A stretch of 37,849 nucleotides of DNA from Candidatus Woesearchaeota archaeon (lineage in GTDB: Archaea; Nanobdellota; Nanobdellia; Pacearchaeales; GW2011-AR1), in the NCBI GenBank assembly GCA_964493655.1, contig CAZBOY010000004.1:1-37849 (forward strand), in the 5' to 3' direction. The position numbers and the translations under genes were made by a program. Below are positions 25,461 through 33,731 of the stretch, piece after piece. Position 1 is the stretch's first letter, and each line of letters begins with the position of its first letter. Under the pieces are notes generated by a model. The model saw nothing but the letters and a program-made list of their open reading frames with translations. It had not been told where the DNA came from and did no database searches.

Positions 25461-27641
25461 ATGGTTAGTACAGAAGACATAATGAAAAAATATGGGGCAA
25501 GGATTGAGTCGCAGATGAACTCTTATTCTCCGAGCCAGAAGTTTAGTCAGAGTTATGAAAAATTTAGGGCAAGTATGATTCCAGAATTTACTCGTTATGA
25601 AAAATGGTGCAAGGCACTGGGGAATCTTTTTCACATGAAAGTTGCTGAGAAAGATAGGCTTGTTGTTCAGAGGCAGATTGAAATTGCTCATCTTAATTTA
25701 ATACCTTCAGAGGTTTTGGTTTTTGGAGTTGTTGTTTTATTTTTGAGTTTATTTGGCGGGCTTTTAGCAGTTGTTGCTGGGTGGTTGCTTTTTCTTGAAA
25801 CTCCCACTTGGGCTAATTTTCCTATTGGACTTAGTTTTTTGATTATTATTATTTCTATGTTTTTGTTTTACTATGCTTACAAAGCTCCACAGAGACTTGC
25901 ACAGCAGTGGAGATTGAAAGCGTCGTCGCAGATGGTTCCTGCAATTTTGTACATTGTAATTTATATGAAGCATACCTCAAATTTTGAAAAAGCTGTTTCA
26001 TTTGCCTCAGAACATTTGCCAGATCCACTTGGTTTGGATTTTAGGAAAATTTTCTGGGATGTTGAAGTTGGTAGATTTTCTTCAATTAAAGATAGTGTTG
26101 ATAATTATTTAGAAACTTGGAGAGATTATAGTATTGAATTTATTGAGGCGTTTCATTTGATTGAGAGTAGTTTATATGAGCCGTCTGAGGAGAGAAGGGT
26201 TGTTGTGTTGGAGAAATCTCTTCAGGTTATTCTCGACGGGGTTTATGATAAAATGCTTAAGTATACTCACAATGTTAAGTCGCCTCTTACAAATCTTTAT
26301 ATGCTTGGAATTGTTTTGCCGACGCTGTCTCTTGCGATTCTTCCTCTTGCTTCAACAATGTTACAAGGTATGATAAAATGGTATCATGTTTTGCTTTTGT
26401 TTAATATTCTTGTTCCTTTTTTAGTTCTTTATTTGACGACTAATGTTATGATGGAACGACCGGGTGGTTATGGTGAGACAAGTTTGCTTGAGAAAAATCC
26501 TCTTTATCCAAAATATAAAAGCCGGAAGCCTTATATGATTGGAATCTTGATTGCGATTCCTTTTTTGATTCTTGGATTTCTCCCTTTGCTTTGGGCTTAT
26601 ACTGATTTGCCTTTGTGGATGGGGATGCAGAGAGATTATTCCTGGTCTTCAATAGGATTTGGATTTTTAGGAGAGTCTGGAATTTTTGGGATTATGGAAA
26701 CTACTGATGGAATTAAAGGGCCTTTTGGAATGCTTTCTCTTTTGTTGAGTTTGCTTGTTCCTCTTTCTATTGCTATGATTTTTATTATTGCTTATCATGT
26801 CAAAACAAAAGATTTGATTAAGTCGAGGGAGATGTATAAAGAAGTTGAGAATGAGTTTACAAGTTCTCTTTTCCAGTTGGGGAATAGGCTTGGCGACGGC
26901 ACTCCTGCTGAAATTGCTTTTGCTAAAGTTGCAGGTTCATCAAAGGGGACTGCGACTGAAGGATTTTTTAGATTAGTTAATCAAAATATTCAGCAACTTG
27001 GGATGTCTCTGAATGATGCGTTGTTTAATCCTAAACGAGGAGCTGTTATTTTTTACCCTTCTGAATTAATTGCAACTTCAATGAAGATTTTAGTTGAGAG
27101 TGTTAAAAAAGGTTTGAAGGTTGCTGCGAGAAGTTTGATGTCAATTTCAGAATATGTTAAGAATATAAAAAAGATTAATGCGCGGTTGAATGATTTGCTT
27201 GCAGATATTATTTCTGATATGAAATCGAACATGGTTTTTTTAGCTCCGATGCTGTCGGGAATTATTATTGGACTTGCGGGGATGATTACTGCGATTCTTT
27301 CTAGTTTGTCTGCGATGTTTGCATCTGGTGGTTTATCTGCCGAGGGTGTTGATGCAATTGCTGGAAGTGGCGGGATTGAATCTCTTTTAGGAATTTTTGA
27401 TATAACTCAGATGATTCCTCCTTACTGGCTTCAGATTGTTGTTGGTTTTTATTTAATTGAAATTGTGTTTATTCTTACTTCAACTCTTGTTACAATTCGT
27501 TCTGGAAGAGATAAACTTGCGACAACTTATGAGATTGGGAGAAATCTAAAAACCTCGATTATACTTTATGTGATTATTGCTCTTGGTTCGATTATTGGAC
27601 TTGGTTTGATTGGTGCTGTGGCTTTGCAGGGGTTGGTCTGA
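25461..27641 (+). CDS. Polytopic membrane platform protein (FlaJ/TadC/PilC-like), putative
   Basis: 726 aa with two clusters of TM helices separated by soluble helical domains. It lies in a locus with a T2SSE ATPase, an A24 peptidase and pilins. The assignment rests on architecture and context, not on a recognised motif. Confidence 0.6.
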   Translation: MVSTEDIMKKYGARIESQMNSYSPSQKFSQSYEKFRASMIPEFTRYEKWCKALGNLFHMKVAEKDRLVVQRQIEIAHLNLIPSEVLVFGVVVLFLSLFGGLLAVVAGWLLFLETPTWANFPIGLSFLIIIISMFLFYYAYKAPQRLAQQWRLKASSQMVPAILYIVIYMKHTSNFEKAVSFASEHLPDPLGLDFRKIFWDVEVGRFSSIKDSVDNYLETWRDYSIEFIEAFHLIESSLYEPSEERRVVVLEKSLQVILDGVYDKMLKYTHNVKSPLTNLYMLGIVLPTLSLAILPLASTMLQGMIKWYHVLLLFNILVPFLVLYLTTNVMMERPGGYGETSLLEKNPLYPKYKSRKPYMIGILIAIPFLILGFLPLLWAYTDLPLWMGMQRDYSWSSIGFGFLGESGIFGIMETTDGIKGPFGMLSLLLSLLVPLSIAMIFIIAYHVKTKDLIKSREMYKEVENEFTSSLFQLGNRLGDGTPAEIAFAKVAGSSKGTATEGFFRLVNQNIQQLGMSLNDALFNPKRGAVIFYPSELIATSMKILVESVKKGLKVAARSLMSISEYVKNIKKINARLNDLLADIISDMKSNMVFLAPMLSGIIIGLAGMITAILSSLSAMFASGGLSAEGVDAIAGSGGIESLLGIFDITQMIPPYWLQIVVGFYLIEIVFILTSTLVTIRSGRDKLATTYEIGRNLKTSIILYVIIALGSIIGLGLIGAVALQGLV

Positions 27642-27729
27642 TGATTTATTTTTGATTGAGGGAGAGTCTGAAAGAAAATTTTTTATTTTAGATAGATAAC
27701 TTTTAAGAAAAATTGATTTAGGATTATTA

Positions 27730-27895
27730 AAGCACAAAGTGCATTTTGGCTTGCTGCTAAGCAAGCATATTATAATGTGCCTTGGCAGGCACACTAATTC
27801 ACCTTCGGTGATTTATTATCTCTGTATGGTTTTTTGGTTTTGTTGTTTTTCTTTTGGTTGGCGGGGGCGGGGTGGTGGGGTGGTGGGGTTGTGTG
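27730..27895 (+). repeat. Repeat family B, copy B3 (four hairpins plus a G-rich tail)
   Basis: The four hairpins are GCAC-AAA-GTGC (27732-27742), GCTTGC-TGCTAA-GCAAGC (27749-27766), GTGCCT-TGGC-AGGCAC (27777-27792) and TCACC-TTCG-GTGA (27799-27811). The tail is GGTTTTTTGGTTTTGTTG...GGCGGGGGCGGGGTGGTGGGGTGGTGGGG. Confidence 0.7.
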
Positions 27896-28013
27896 AAAAT
27901 AATTTTTTTTGAAAACTATCTTAGTTTTTCTTTTGAAACACAAATTTTCTTTTTTCTAAAAAGAAAAGAGGGAAAAGATTTATAAATAACAAAAAACAAA
28001 TAATTAAAAGAAG

Positions 28014-28502
28014 ATGGTGAATAAAAAAGCTCAGAGTATGTCTTTGACAACAATTCTTTTAATGGTTCTTGGAATTGTAGTTGTTGTGCTTTTGATTTGG
28101 GGATTTTCAACAGGGTGGAGTGGGTTCTGGGATAGGATTTCTCCTTTTGGTTCAAAGGCAAATGTAGATTCAATAAGAAGCGGTTGTAAGTTAGCCTGTG
28201 CTTCTAGCGATCAATATAATTTTTGTGAAAAGTCTCAGACAGTTAAATTTGATGATGGAACTTCTTGGAAAGGGAGTTGTTATAATTTTATGGCTAATTC
28301 TAAGGTAGGTGTTGAAGGTTGTTCGATTGAGTGTTCTGTTGATAAATTGCCTAAAAAATGTGAAGGAACTTCAGAAAATTCTTTAGAAGGTAAATGGCAA
28401 GAAAAAGCTTGTGATACTACTTTAGACGAAGAAGATGTAACTTCTAAGGTTGGAAACACAGACGGAAAAAATGATAATAAGTATTGTTGTATTCAAAAAT
28501 AA
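28014..28502 (+). CDS. Type IV pilin-like protein (class III signal peptide), Cys-rich
   Basis: MVNKKAQSMSLTTILLMVLGIVVVVLLIWG has a basic N-terminus, a small residue, then a hydrophobic helix. The ectodomain has 12 Cys. Confidence 0.65.
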   Translation: MVNKKAQSMSLTTILLMVLGIVVVVLLIWGFSTGWSGFWDRISPFGSKANVDSIRSGCKLACASSDQYNFCEKSQTVKFDDGTSWKGSCYNFMANSKVGVEGCSIECSVDKLPKKCEGTSENSLEGKWQEKACDTTLDEEDVTSKVGNTDGKNDNKYCCIQK

Positions 28503-28541
28503 ACCCATTAACTTTATTAATATAGATTTTCTTTATTAATT

Positions 28542-28709
28542 ATGAAATTTAAACGCGGTGATTTTTCAATTGGGGAACTTGTTACAATTATTATTGTGAT
28601 TGTTGTTTTTGCTTTGTGTGTTGTTTTTATTTGGCTGTTGAAAGACAAGGGTTTTGAAGGTGCTCTTGCTACAATTAAAAATCTGCTTCATTTTGGAAGG
28701 GCGAAATGA
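28542..28709 (+). CDS. Mini pilin-like protein (55 aa, not in the ORF track)
   Basis: Read manually: MKFKRGDFSIGELVTIIIVIVVFALCVVFIWLL... It has a KRG motif followed by a hydrophobic helix. TATA-like box 25 nt upstream. Confidence 0.5.
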   Translation: MKFKRGDFSIGELVTIIIVIVVFALCVVFIWLLKDKGFEGALATIKNLLHFGRAK

Positions 28710-28713
28710 CAAG

Positions 28714-30276
28714 ATGAGAAAACTTATTTTAAATAAAAAAAATAAAAGAGGTACTGAATGGACTGTTGGGAAACTTCTTACTCTGATTCTTGCTGTTGTT
28801 TTTATTGTGTTGATTGTTTGGGGTGTTTCGAGTAAAGCATTTTTGCCGTTGAAGGAAAGATTATCTGGGATGTGGGATAATGCTAAGGGTTTGTATTCTG
28901 GTATTTTTGGTGGGGGGGATGATGGTGGGGATGGTGGGGGGGACTCAAGTGCGGTTGAGAATTATGCGGCGCAGGGGGGTACTGTAAGGATTCTTACAAT
29001 TTCAATAGTCCCTTCTGGAGAAAATGCTTATGATTTTTATAATACTAAAATACAAACTAGACCATCTTATCTGGATCCTTCAGAAAATAGGTCTTTAGTA
29101 ATCTTAGATAAAATAATTAATCAAGAAATTCTTACAGATAGTTATAAGACTATAACAATTAGTTGTGAAGACTTATCTAAGAAAGAAGGGGTGCAAAAAT
29201 ATTCCTTAGAATTAATTCCTAAAGATCTAACTTCTGTTGAACAAAAACAAGAGATTAAAAATTTGGTGATTAATAAGATGTCAGAAAACTGTAATGATGT
29301 TCCGAAAGAAGAATTATTTAGGATGAGAGAGATTTATTTTCTTGCAGATTCTAATAAGGAAGGAGAGCCTAAAAAGATTACAGAGGCTTTGGTAGGAGAT
29401 TCTATTTCAGTTGTAATTAATAATCATAATTGTGCTTCAATTAAGGTTTACGGGGCTGCTGGAAGAGATGTCTCTTTAGGCCAATCAACAAAAGAGGAGT
29501 ATGCGGTAATCTCTCTAGGAGAATTAGTAAAGGTTGAGGAATCTACACTTATAGAAGGTTCTAAGGATTTTTCTTTTGAAATTGTTTGTTTTTCTGTTGA
29601 AGGAAAAGAAGTTTTAAGCTTTACAAAAACAATTAAAATAATCAATGAAAATTTTGTTGAGCCGCTTGTAGAAACTCCTGAAGAAGACACACTTGTTAAT
29701 AAACTCTGGACATTTGATAGTACAATAGCTCAGGTTGAATCTATGAGTGGAAAATATTCTGCAAAACCTGAAAACAAGAAATTTGTGGATTCTCTTTTTG
29801 ATTATGGTTTAATTACCTCAAAACAATATAATGAAATAAATGGTGGTAGCACTTGGGATTTTAATTGGGAGGAAAATATGGATTATGTTAAACAAGTTTT
29901 AAAGAATAATAAAATGCAAAAAATAATTTCTGGAAAAGAAGTTATTCCGGAACCGGATTATAAAGTTGTTCTTAATAATAACATCAAAAGTTCTGAGACA
30001 CTTAAGTTAAAACAAGGATATAAAATAATTTTAAATTACTTTAATGTAAATCGTGATATTGAGATTGTTAGTTTAGAAAAAAACAAAGTTTCTGTTAAAA
30101 TTCAAATATCCTCGATAACTTCTAATACTTTTTATCTGGCCCCAAGTAGTTATAAAAATCTTGAGGTAGATAGTTCTCATGAGGGCGATGATGTTAAAAT
30201 TTTAGTGGGGGCCATATCTGGGTTTGATTATGATAATTCATTAATGATTGAAATTAAATTGGAAAGTTTGCAGTAA
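28714..30276 (+). CDS. Large pilin-like / pilus-associated protein with a class III signal peptide
   Basis: MRKLILNKKNKRGTEWTVGKLLTLILAVVFIVLIVWG, then a GGGDDGGDGGGD linker and a ~430-aa ectodomain. Confidence 0.6.
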   Translation: MRKLILNKKNKRGTEWTVGKLLTLILAVVFIVLIVWGVSSKAFLPLKERLSGMWDNAKGLYSGIFGGGDDGGDGGGDSSAVENYAAQGGTVRILTISIVPSGENAYDFYNTKIQTRPSYLDPSENRSLVILDKIINQEILTDSYKTITISCEDLSKKEGVQKYSLELIPKDLTSVEQKQEIKNLVINKMSENCNDVPKEELFRMREIYFLADSNKEGEPKKITEALVGDSISVVINNHNCASIKVYGAAGRDVSLGQSTKEEYAVISLGELVKVEESTLIEGSKDFSFEIVCFSVEGKEVLSFTKTIKIINENFVEPLVETPEEDTLVNKLWTFDSTIAQVESMSGKYSAKPENKKFVDSLFDYGLITSKQYNEINGGSTWDFNWEENMDYVKQVLKNNKMQKIISGKEVIPEPDYKVVLNNNIKSSETLKLKQGYKIILNYFNVNRDIEIVSLEKNKVSVKIQISSITSNTFYLAPSSYKNLEVDSSHEGDDVKILVGAISGFDYDNSLMIEIKLESLQ

Positions 30277-30280
30277 TAAA

Positions 30281-30850
30281 ATGAAAAACAAACGTGGTTT
30301 CCTGGTATCAAAAGAAACAGTTGAATTGATTATTGCAGTGGCGATTATTGCTCTGGTTATTTTTGTTCTTTATAATGTTCTTATTGGGTCGTGGAACAAG
30401 GAGGATGAAACAGCTAAATCTTATCTTGAAACTTTGAAAAAAGAGATTGCTAAGGCAGATGCTGGGGGGGTTGGGGAGTTTGAGATGTGGCAGAAGACTG
30501 ATGAGACTTATTTAGTTGCTTATTTTGGAGATAAAGTAGGTATGAAAATTGGCAAATTTGATTTAATTCCAGATAAGGCCCAGAAAAATAATCTTTGTAT
30601 TTGTTATTCCTCTGGCAGCAAAGTTTTATGCAAGCCGTGTGTTTCTTTGAAATATCCTGTTAGATTTGATGGTTTTCCTGAGGAGACCTTTATTCAATTT
30701 GGACAAAAAGTAAAAATAACAAAATCAAAAGATAAAGGGGAGTATGTTTTTATACTGCAAAAAGATTCTACTAAAAAAGTAGAAGAACCAATAACCCCCC
30801 CATCTGAAGGATCAGATATTAGTGGAGGGGGAGGTGGTGAGGGGTGGTAA
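30281..30850 (+). CDS. Pilin-like protein with a class III signal peptide
   Basis: MKNKRGFLVSKETVELIIAVAIIALVIFVLY. The C-terminus has a Gly-rich tail. Confidence 0.6.
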   Translation: MKNKRGFLVSKETVELIIAVAIIALVIFVLYNVLIGSWNKEDETAKSYLETLKKEIAKADAGGVGEFEMWQKTDETYLVAYFGDKVGMKIGKFDLIPDKAQKNNLCICYSSGSKVLCKPCVSLKYPVRFDGFPEETFIQFGQKVKITKSKDKGEYVFILQKDSTKKVEEPITPPSEGSDISGGGGGEGW

Positions 30851-30867
30851 TTAATAAAACAAAATCT

Positions 30868-30981
30868 ATGAATAAGGCGGCACACGGAATGGTGGATAAG
30901 ATTATCACATTAGTTTTATACATTGCGCTTATTATTGCTGCAGGGGCGGCGGTCTTTTTGCTTGTGACTAAGATTACATGA
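30868..30981 (+). CDS. Mini hydrophobic protein (37 aa, not in the ORF track)
   Basis: MNKAAHGMVDKIITLVLYIALIIAAGAAVFLLVTKIT has a pilin-like N-terminal helix only. Confidence 0.35.
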   Translation: MNKAAHGMVDKIITLVLYIALIIAAGAAVFLLVTKIT

Positions 30982-31022
30982 GATGCCGAAAAGTTTAATA
31001 ATCAAATTAATATTTTTGCATT

Positions 31023-31148
31023 ATGGACGAAGATTTTAGTGAAAAGGAAATAGATTTAATAGATTCTTTAATTGAAAAATCTTTAAAGGAAGGTTTTATT
31101 CCAATAGAAGATGCTATAAAAGAAGCAGATGAAAAATATCCAAATTAA
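31023..31148 (+). CDS. Small acidic hypothetical protein (41 aa)
   Basis: MDEDFSEKEIDLIDSLIEKSLKEGFIPIEDAIKEADEKYPN. This is an ORF prediction only. Confidence 0.25.
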   Translation: MDEDFSEKEIDLIDSLIEKSLKEGFIPIEDAIKEADEKYPN

Positions 31149-31216
31149 TTTAATGGGGTTAAGAAAATCACTTTTACGATGGTGGAACCTTCACAAATTA
31201 AGAATAAACAAAATAT

Positions 31217-31248
31217 GTGCCGAAGGCACCAATAGGTCGCTTTGCGAC
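31217..31248 (-). repeat. Repeat family B, copy B4 (inverted)
   Basis: GTGCC-GAAG-GCAC (31217-31229) and GTCGC-TTT-GCGAC (31236-31248). The reverse complement reproduces the B1 order: TTT/AAA-loop hairpin, then UUCG-loop hairpin. Confidence 0.6.
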
Positions 31249-31367
31249 TTAGTATAATAATTAAAATTTAGTAATGCCCTATTCTCTATAAATTTTTTAT
31301 TAGTTCTTGATTTTTTTTGTGATTCTTTTTTAGTTAAGTTTATTAATATCTCTTGGATTAATTATTT

Positions 31368-32285
31368 ATGGACAAAAAAGTAAATTTCTCTTATGAGAAA
31401 TTTTCATGTTTTCCAAAACCTCTGCGGTTTTGTAAAAGAGGAAGTGAGAAGTATTATATTCTTATTTCAATTATCCTAGGGATTATGATTTTAGCTTTGT
31501 CTTTGTTTTATATTTTTCACGAGTTTTTTACAAGTGAAGAGTTGGATTGGGAGAGTTGTCGGCAGAGTATTGTTCTGAGGAATACAATGCCTACTGCAAG
31601 CAGACTTGCGACAGTTAAAATTGAACAGCTAAAAAACCAATTTCCATTAAAATGTAAGACTCAGGTTATAAACCTTGATTGGGACGATAAGAAAGGTTCT
31701 GATGGGGATGATAATTATAAACAAAATATAGATTTTTTCATAAAGACTATTGCAGATAATATGGCTCAGTGTTGGTCTCTTGTTGGGGAAGGAAAATATA
31801 ATATTTTTCCCTCGAACATTATTACACAAAAAAAGAATTGCATAATTTGTGCAAGAATACATTTTAGTGAAGAAGCTATAAAAAAAATCTCCCCTGATTC
31901 AACCTCTAAATATACTCCCCTATTTATTAGGGAATATTTAGCTACTCATGATATTAATGGAAATTTGCTTTCAACTAATGAAATTAATGAGTTTATGAAT
32001 TTTGAAAAGATAAGTAAGAATAGTCTTGCAAATTTTTTACGTTATAGTACGTCGGATTTTTTTATATTTTTAGATGATAATAATTGGGAATCTGGTAAAT
32101 ATGGTATGAGATTTGCAATTAGCCCTTTAGATGGAGATATTTTTATTGGAAGCTATTTTTATACTAATAATAATGTTGAATTGGCATGGCCCCCTGTTGT
32201 TAAATACTCTTATGCCTATCCTTTTTTTGCACAAGTTGGAAAAGATGATATTAGTTCGTGTAGTATAGAATCAATCCCAGCCTAA
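31368..32285 (+). CDS. Pilin-like protein with the extended conserved leader SCFPKPLRFCKRG
   Basis: MDKKVNFSYEKFSCFPKPLRFCKRG is followed by SEKYYILISIILGIMILALSLFYIF. TATA-like box 24 nt upstream. Confidence 0.65.
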   Translation: MDKKVNFSYEKFSCFPKPLRFCKRGSEKYYILISIILGIMILALSLFYIFHEFFTSEELDWESCRQSIVLRNTMPTASRLATVKIEQLKNQFPLKCKTQVINLDWDDKKGSDGDDNYKQNIDFFIKTIADNMAQCWSLVGEGKYNIFPSNIITQKKNCIICARIHFSEEAIKKISPDSTSKYTPLFIREYLATHDINGNLLSTNEINEFMNFEKISKNSLANFLRYSTSDFFIFLDDNNWESGKYGMRFAISPLDGDIFIGSYFYTNNNVELAWPPVVKYSYAYPFFAQVGKDDISSCSIESIPA

Positions 32286-32288
32286 AAA

Positions 32289-32705
32289 ATGAAAAACAAA
32301 AACCACTTAGATGCCTCAAAAAGATACTCCTGCTTCCCAAAACCTCTGCGGTTTTGCAAAAGAGGCGACATAGTATATCAGACAATTACTCATCTTATTT
32401 TGATAACTCTTATTTTTGCTATTTTCTTTCTTGCTGCAACAAGCAAGGTTACATCTAAGGTTGTGAAGCAACAGGTTCTGGAAAAGCAGACTGCCTTGTT
32501 GATTGATGCTGCTGATAAGGGGATGACTTTTATTATTGATAAGACTTATCTTGAGGGTGGAACAATTGGGAATATTGAATTAAAACAAGGCAGGGTTTTT
32601 GTTTATATTGCTGGACAGGGGTTTAGTAAAGGATATCCTTATTTTTCTCGTTATGATGTGAGTTTGGTAAAAGAGGAGGACAGATATCTGATAAAAATAG
32701 GATGA
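32289..32705 (+). CDS. Pilin-like protein with the extended conserved leader SCFPKPLRFCKRG
   Basis: MKNKNHLDASKRYSCFPKPLRFCKRG is followed by DIVYQTITHLILITLIFAIFFLAA. Confidence 0.65.
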   Translation: MKNKNHLDASKRYSCFPKPLRFCKRGDIVYQTITHLILITLIFAIFFLAATSKVTSKVVKQQVLEKQTALLIDAADKGMTFIIDKTYLEGGTIGNIELKQGRVFVYIAGQGFSKGYPYFSRYDVSLVKEEDRYLIKIG

Positions 32706-32845
32706 GAAAAAATAGTTGTTTTAAGAATTGGAAATTTTTTGATTTTTGCAGATACCCACTAAATTCGACTTTGTCGAGACCCGCCCTTCTTCCACACCAC
32801 TGCCACCCCAGAAGTTTGTCAAAAATAAAAATTTCCAATAAGTTT

Positions 32846-33436
32846 ATGAAAATAAAAGGGAAAAAAGCAGTTGCAGGGGAAATGATTTTAACACTTTACA
32901 GAATAGTTTTAGTTTCTATTATTGCTGTTTTTGTTCTTGGTTTTGCTTCTTTTGCATATGATTTTTATATTGAAGCACGAGATATTGAAGCTGGAATTTT
33001 AGCAAAACAAATTGTGGATTGTCTCGCTCCTGAGGGTTCTGTTAATTTGCTTTCTTTAGTTGGAAACGAAAATAAAATTTTAGATTATTGTGGATTTAAA
33101 AATATGGATAGGATTTATGCAAAGGTTTTGATTTTAGATGGTGCTGAAAATGAAATAGAAAAATTAGAACAAGGAGATTCAGGGGCTTTGTGGATGCTTG
33201 AGATTTATAAAGAAGAGAGTGAGGCACAGGCAAAAAATACCCCTGAATATGGTCCAAAGTATCTTCCGGATAAATATGGGGTTCCTAAAGAACAAACAGA
33301 GAATATCAAAAAATATGTTCCAGGACATTTTGTTTCTGAAAAATATGGGGTTTATGAGGTAGCGATTATTGATGGAAAGAATCCTGCATATGGTGGGGAA
33401 TTAAAAGTGGAGGTTTTTGTTGGACATGAATTTTAA
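32846..33436 (+). CDS. Pilin-like protein with a class III-like signal
   Basis: MKIKGKKAVAGEMILTLYRIVLVSIIAVFVLGF. The ORF is open from 32702, so a longer form is possible (see findings). Confidence 0.55.
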   Translation: MKIKGKKAVAGEMILTLYRIVLVSIIAVFVLGFASFAYDFYIEARDIEAGILAKQIVDCLAPEGSVNLLSLVGNENKILDYCGFKNMDRIYAKVLILDGAENEIEKLEQGDSGALWMLEIYKEESEAQAKNTPEYGPKYLPDKYGVPKEQTENIKKYVPGHFVSEKYGVYEVAIIDGKNPAYGGELKVEVFVGHEF

Positions 33437-33731
33437 ATCATTTTCGAAGAAGGCAGTTGTAGGAGCTTCTATAGCTACGATAATTGTAACAATTGCAATT
33501 GTTTTATTATTAGTTGTTTATGCAATTCTTGGGGTAATTGTTAAGAACACTCGTGGGGCTCCTAAAGAATTTAATTCTCAATTAAAAGAAAGCGAGAAGC
33601 TTGAGATAGAATTTAATAATTATTTTTCTAATTTTAAGAAATTGACAAAAGCGAGAAAAATGATTTGGCTTGAAAATACTAATGTTGATGCAGCTTTACA
33701 AATCACTGGATGGGGGAAAAATGAAAAATAA
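33426..33731 (+). CDS. Small pilin-like protein
   Basis: MNFKSFSKKAVVGASIATIIVTIAIVLLLVVYAILG. It overlaps both neighbouring genes by about 11 nt. Confidence 0.5.
   Translation: MNFKSFSKKAVVGASIATIIVTIAIVLLLVVYAILGVIVKNTRGAPKEFNSQLKESEKLEIEFNNYFSNFKKLTKARKMIWLENTNVDAALQITGWGKNEK

Noticed and set aside
27546-28173. Minus-strand ORFs 27546-27794 and 27916-28173 in the spacer between the platform gene and the first pilin gene.
   Set aside because: They overlap the ends of well-supported plus-strand genes and the B3 hairpin element. They have no motifs and an odd composition.
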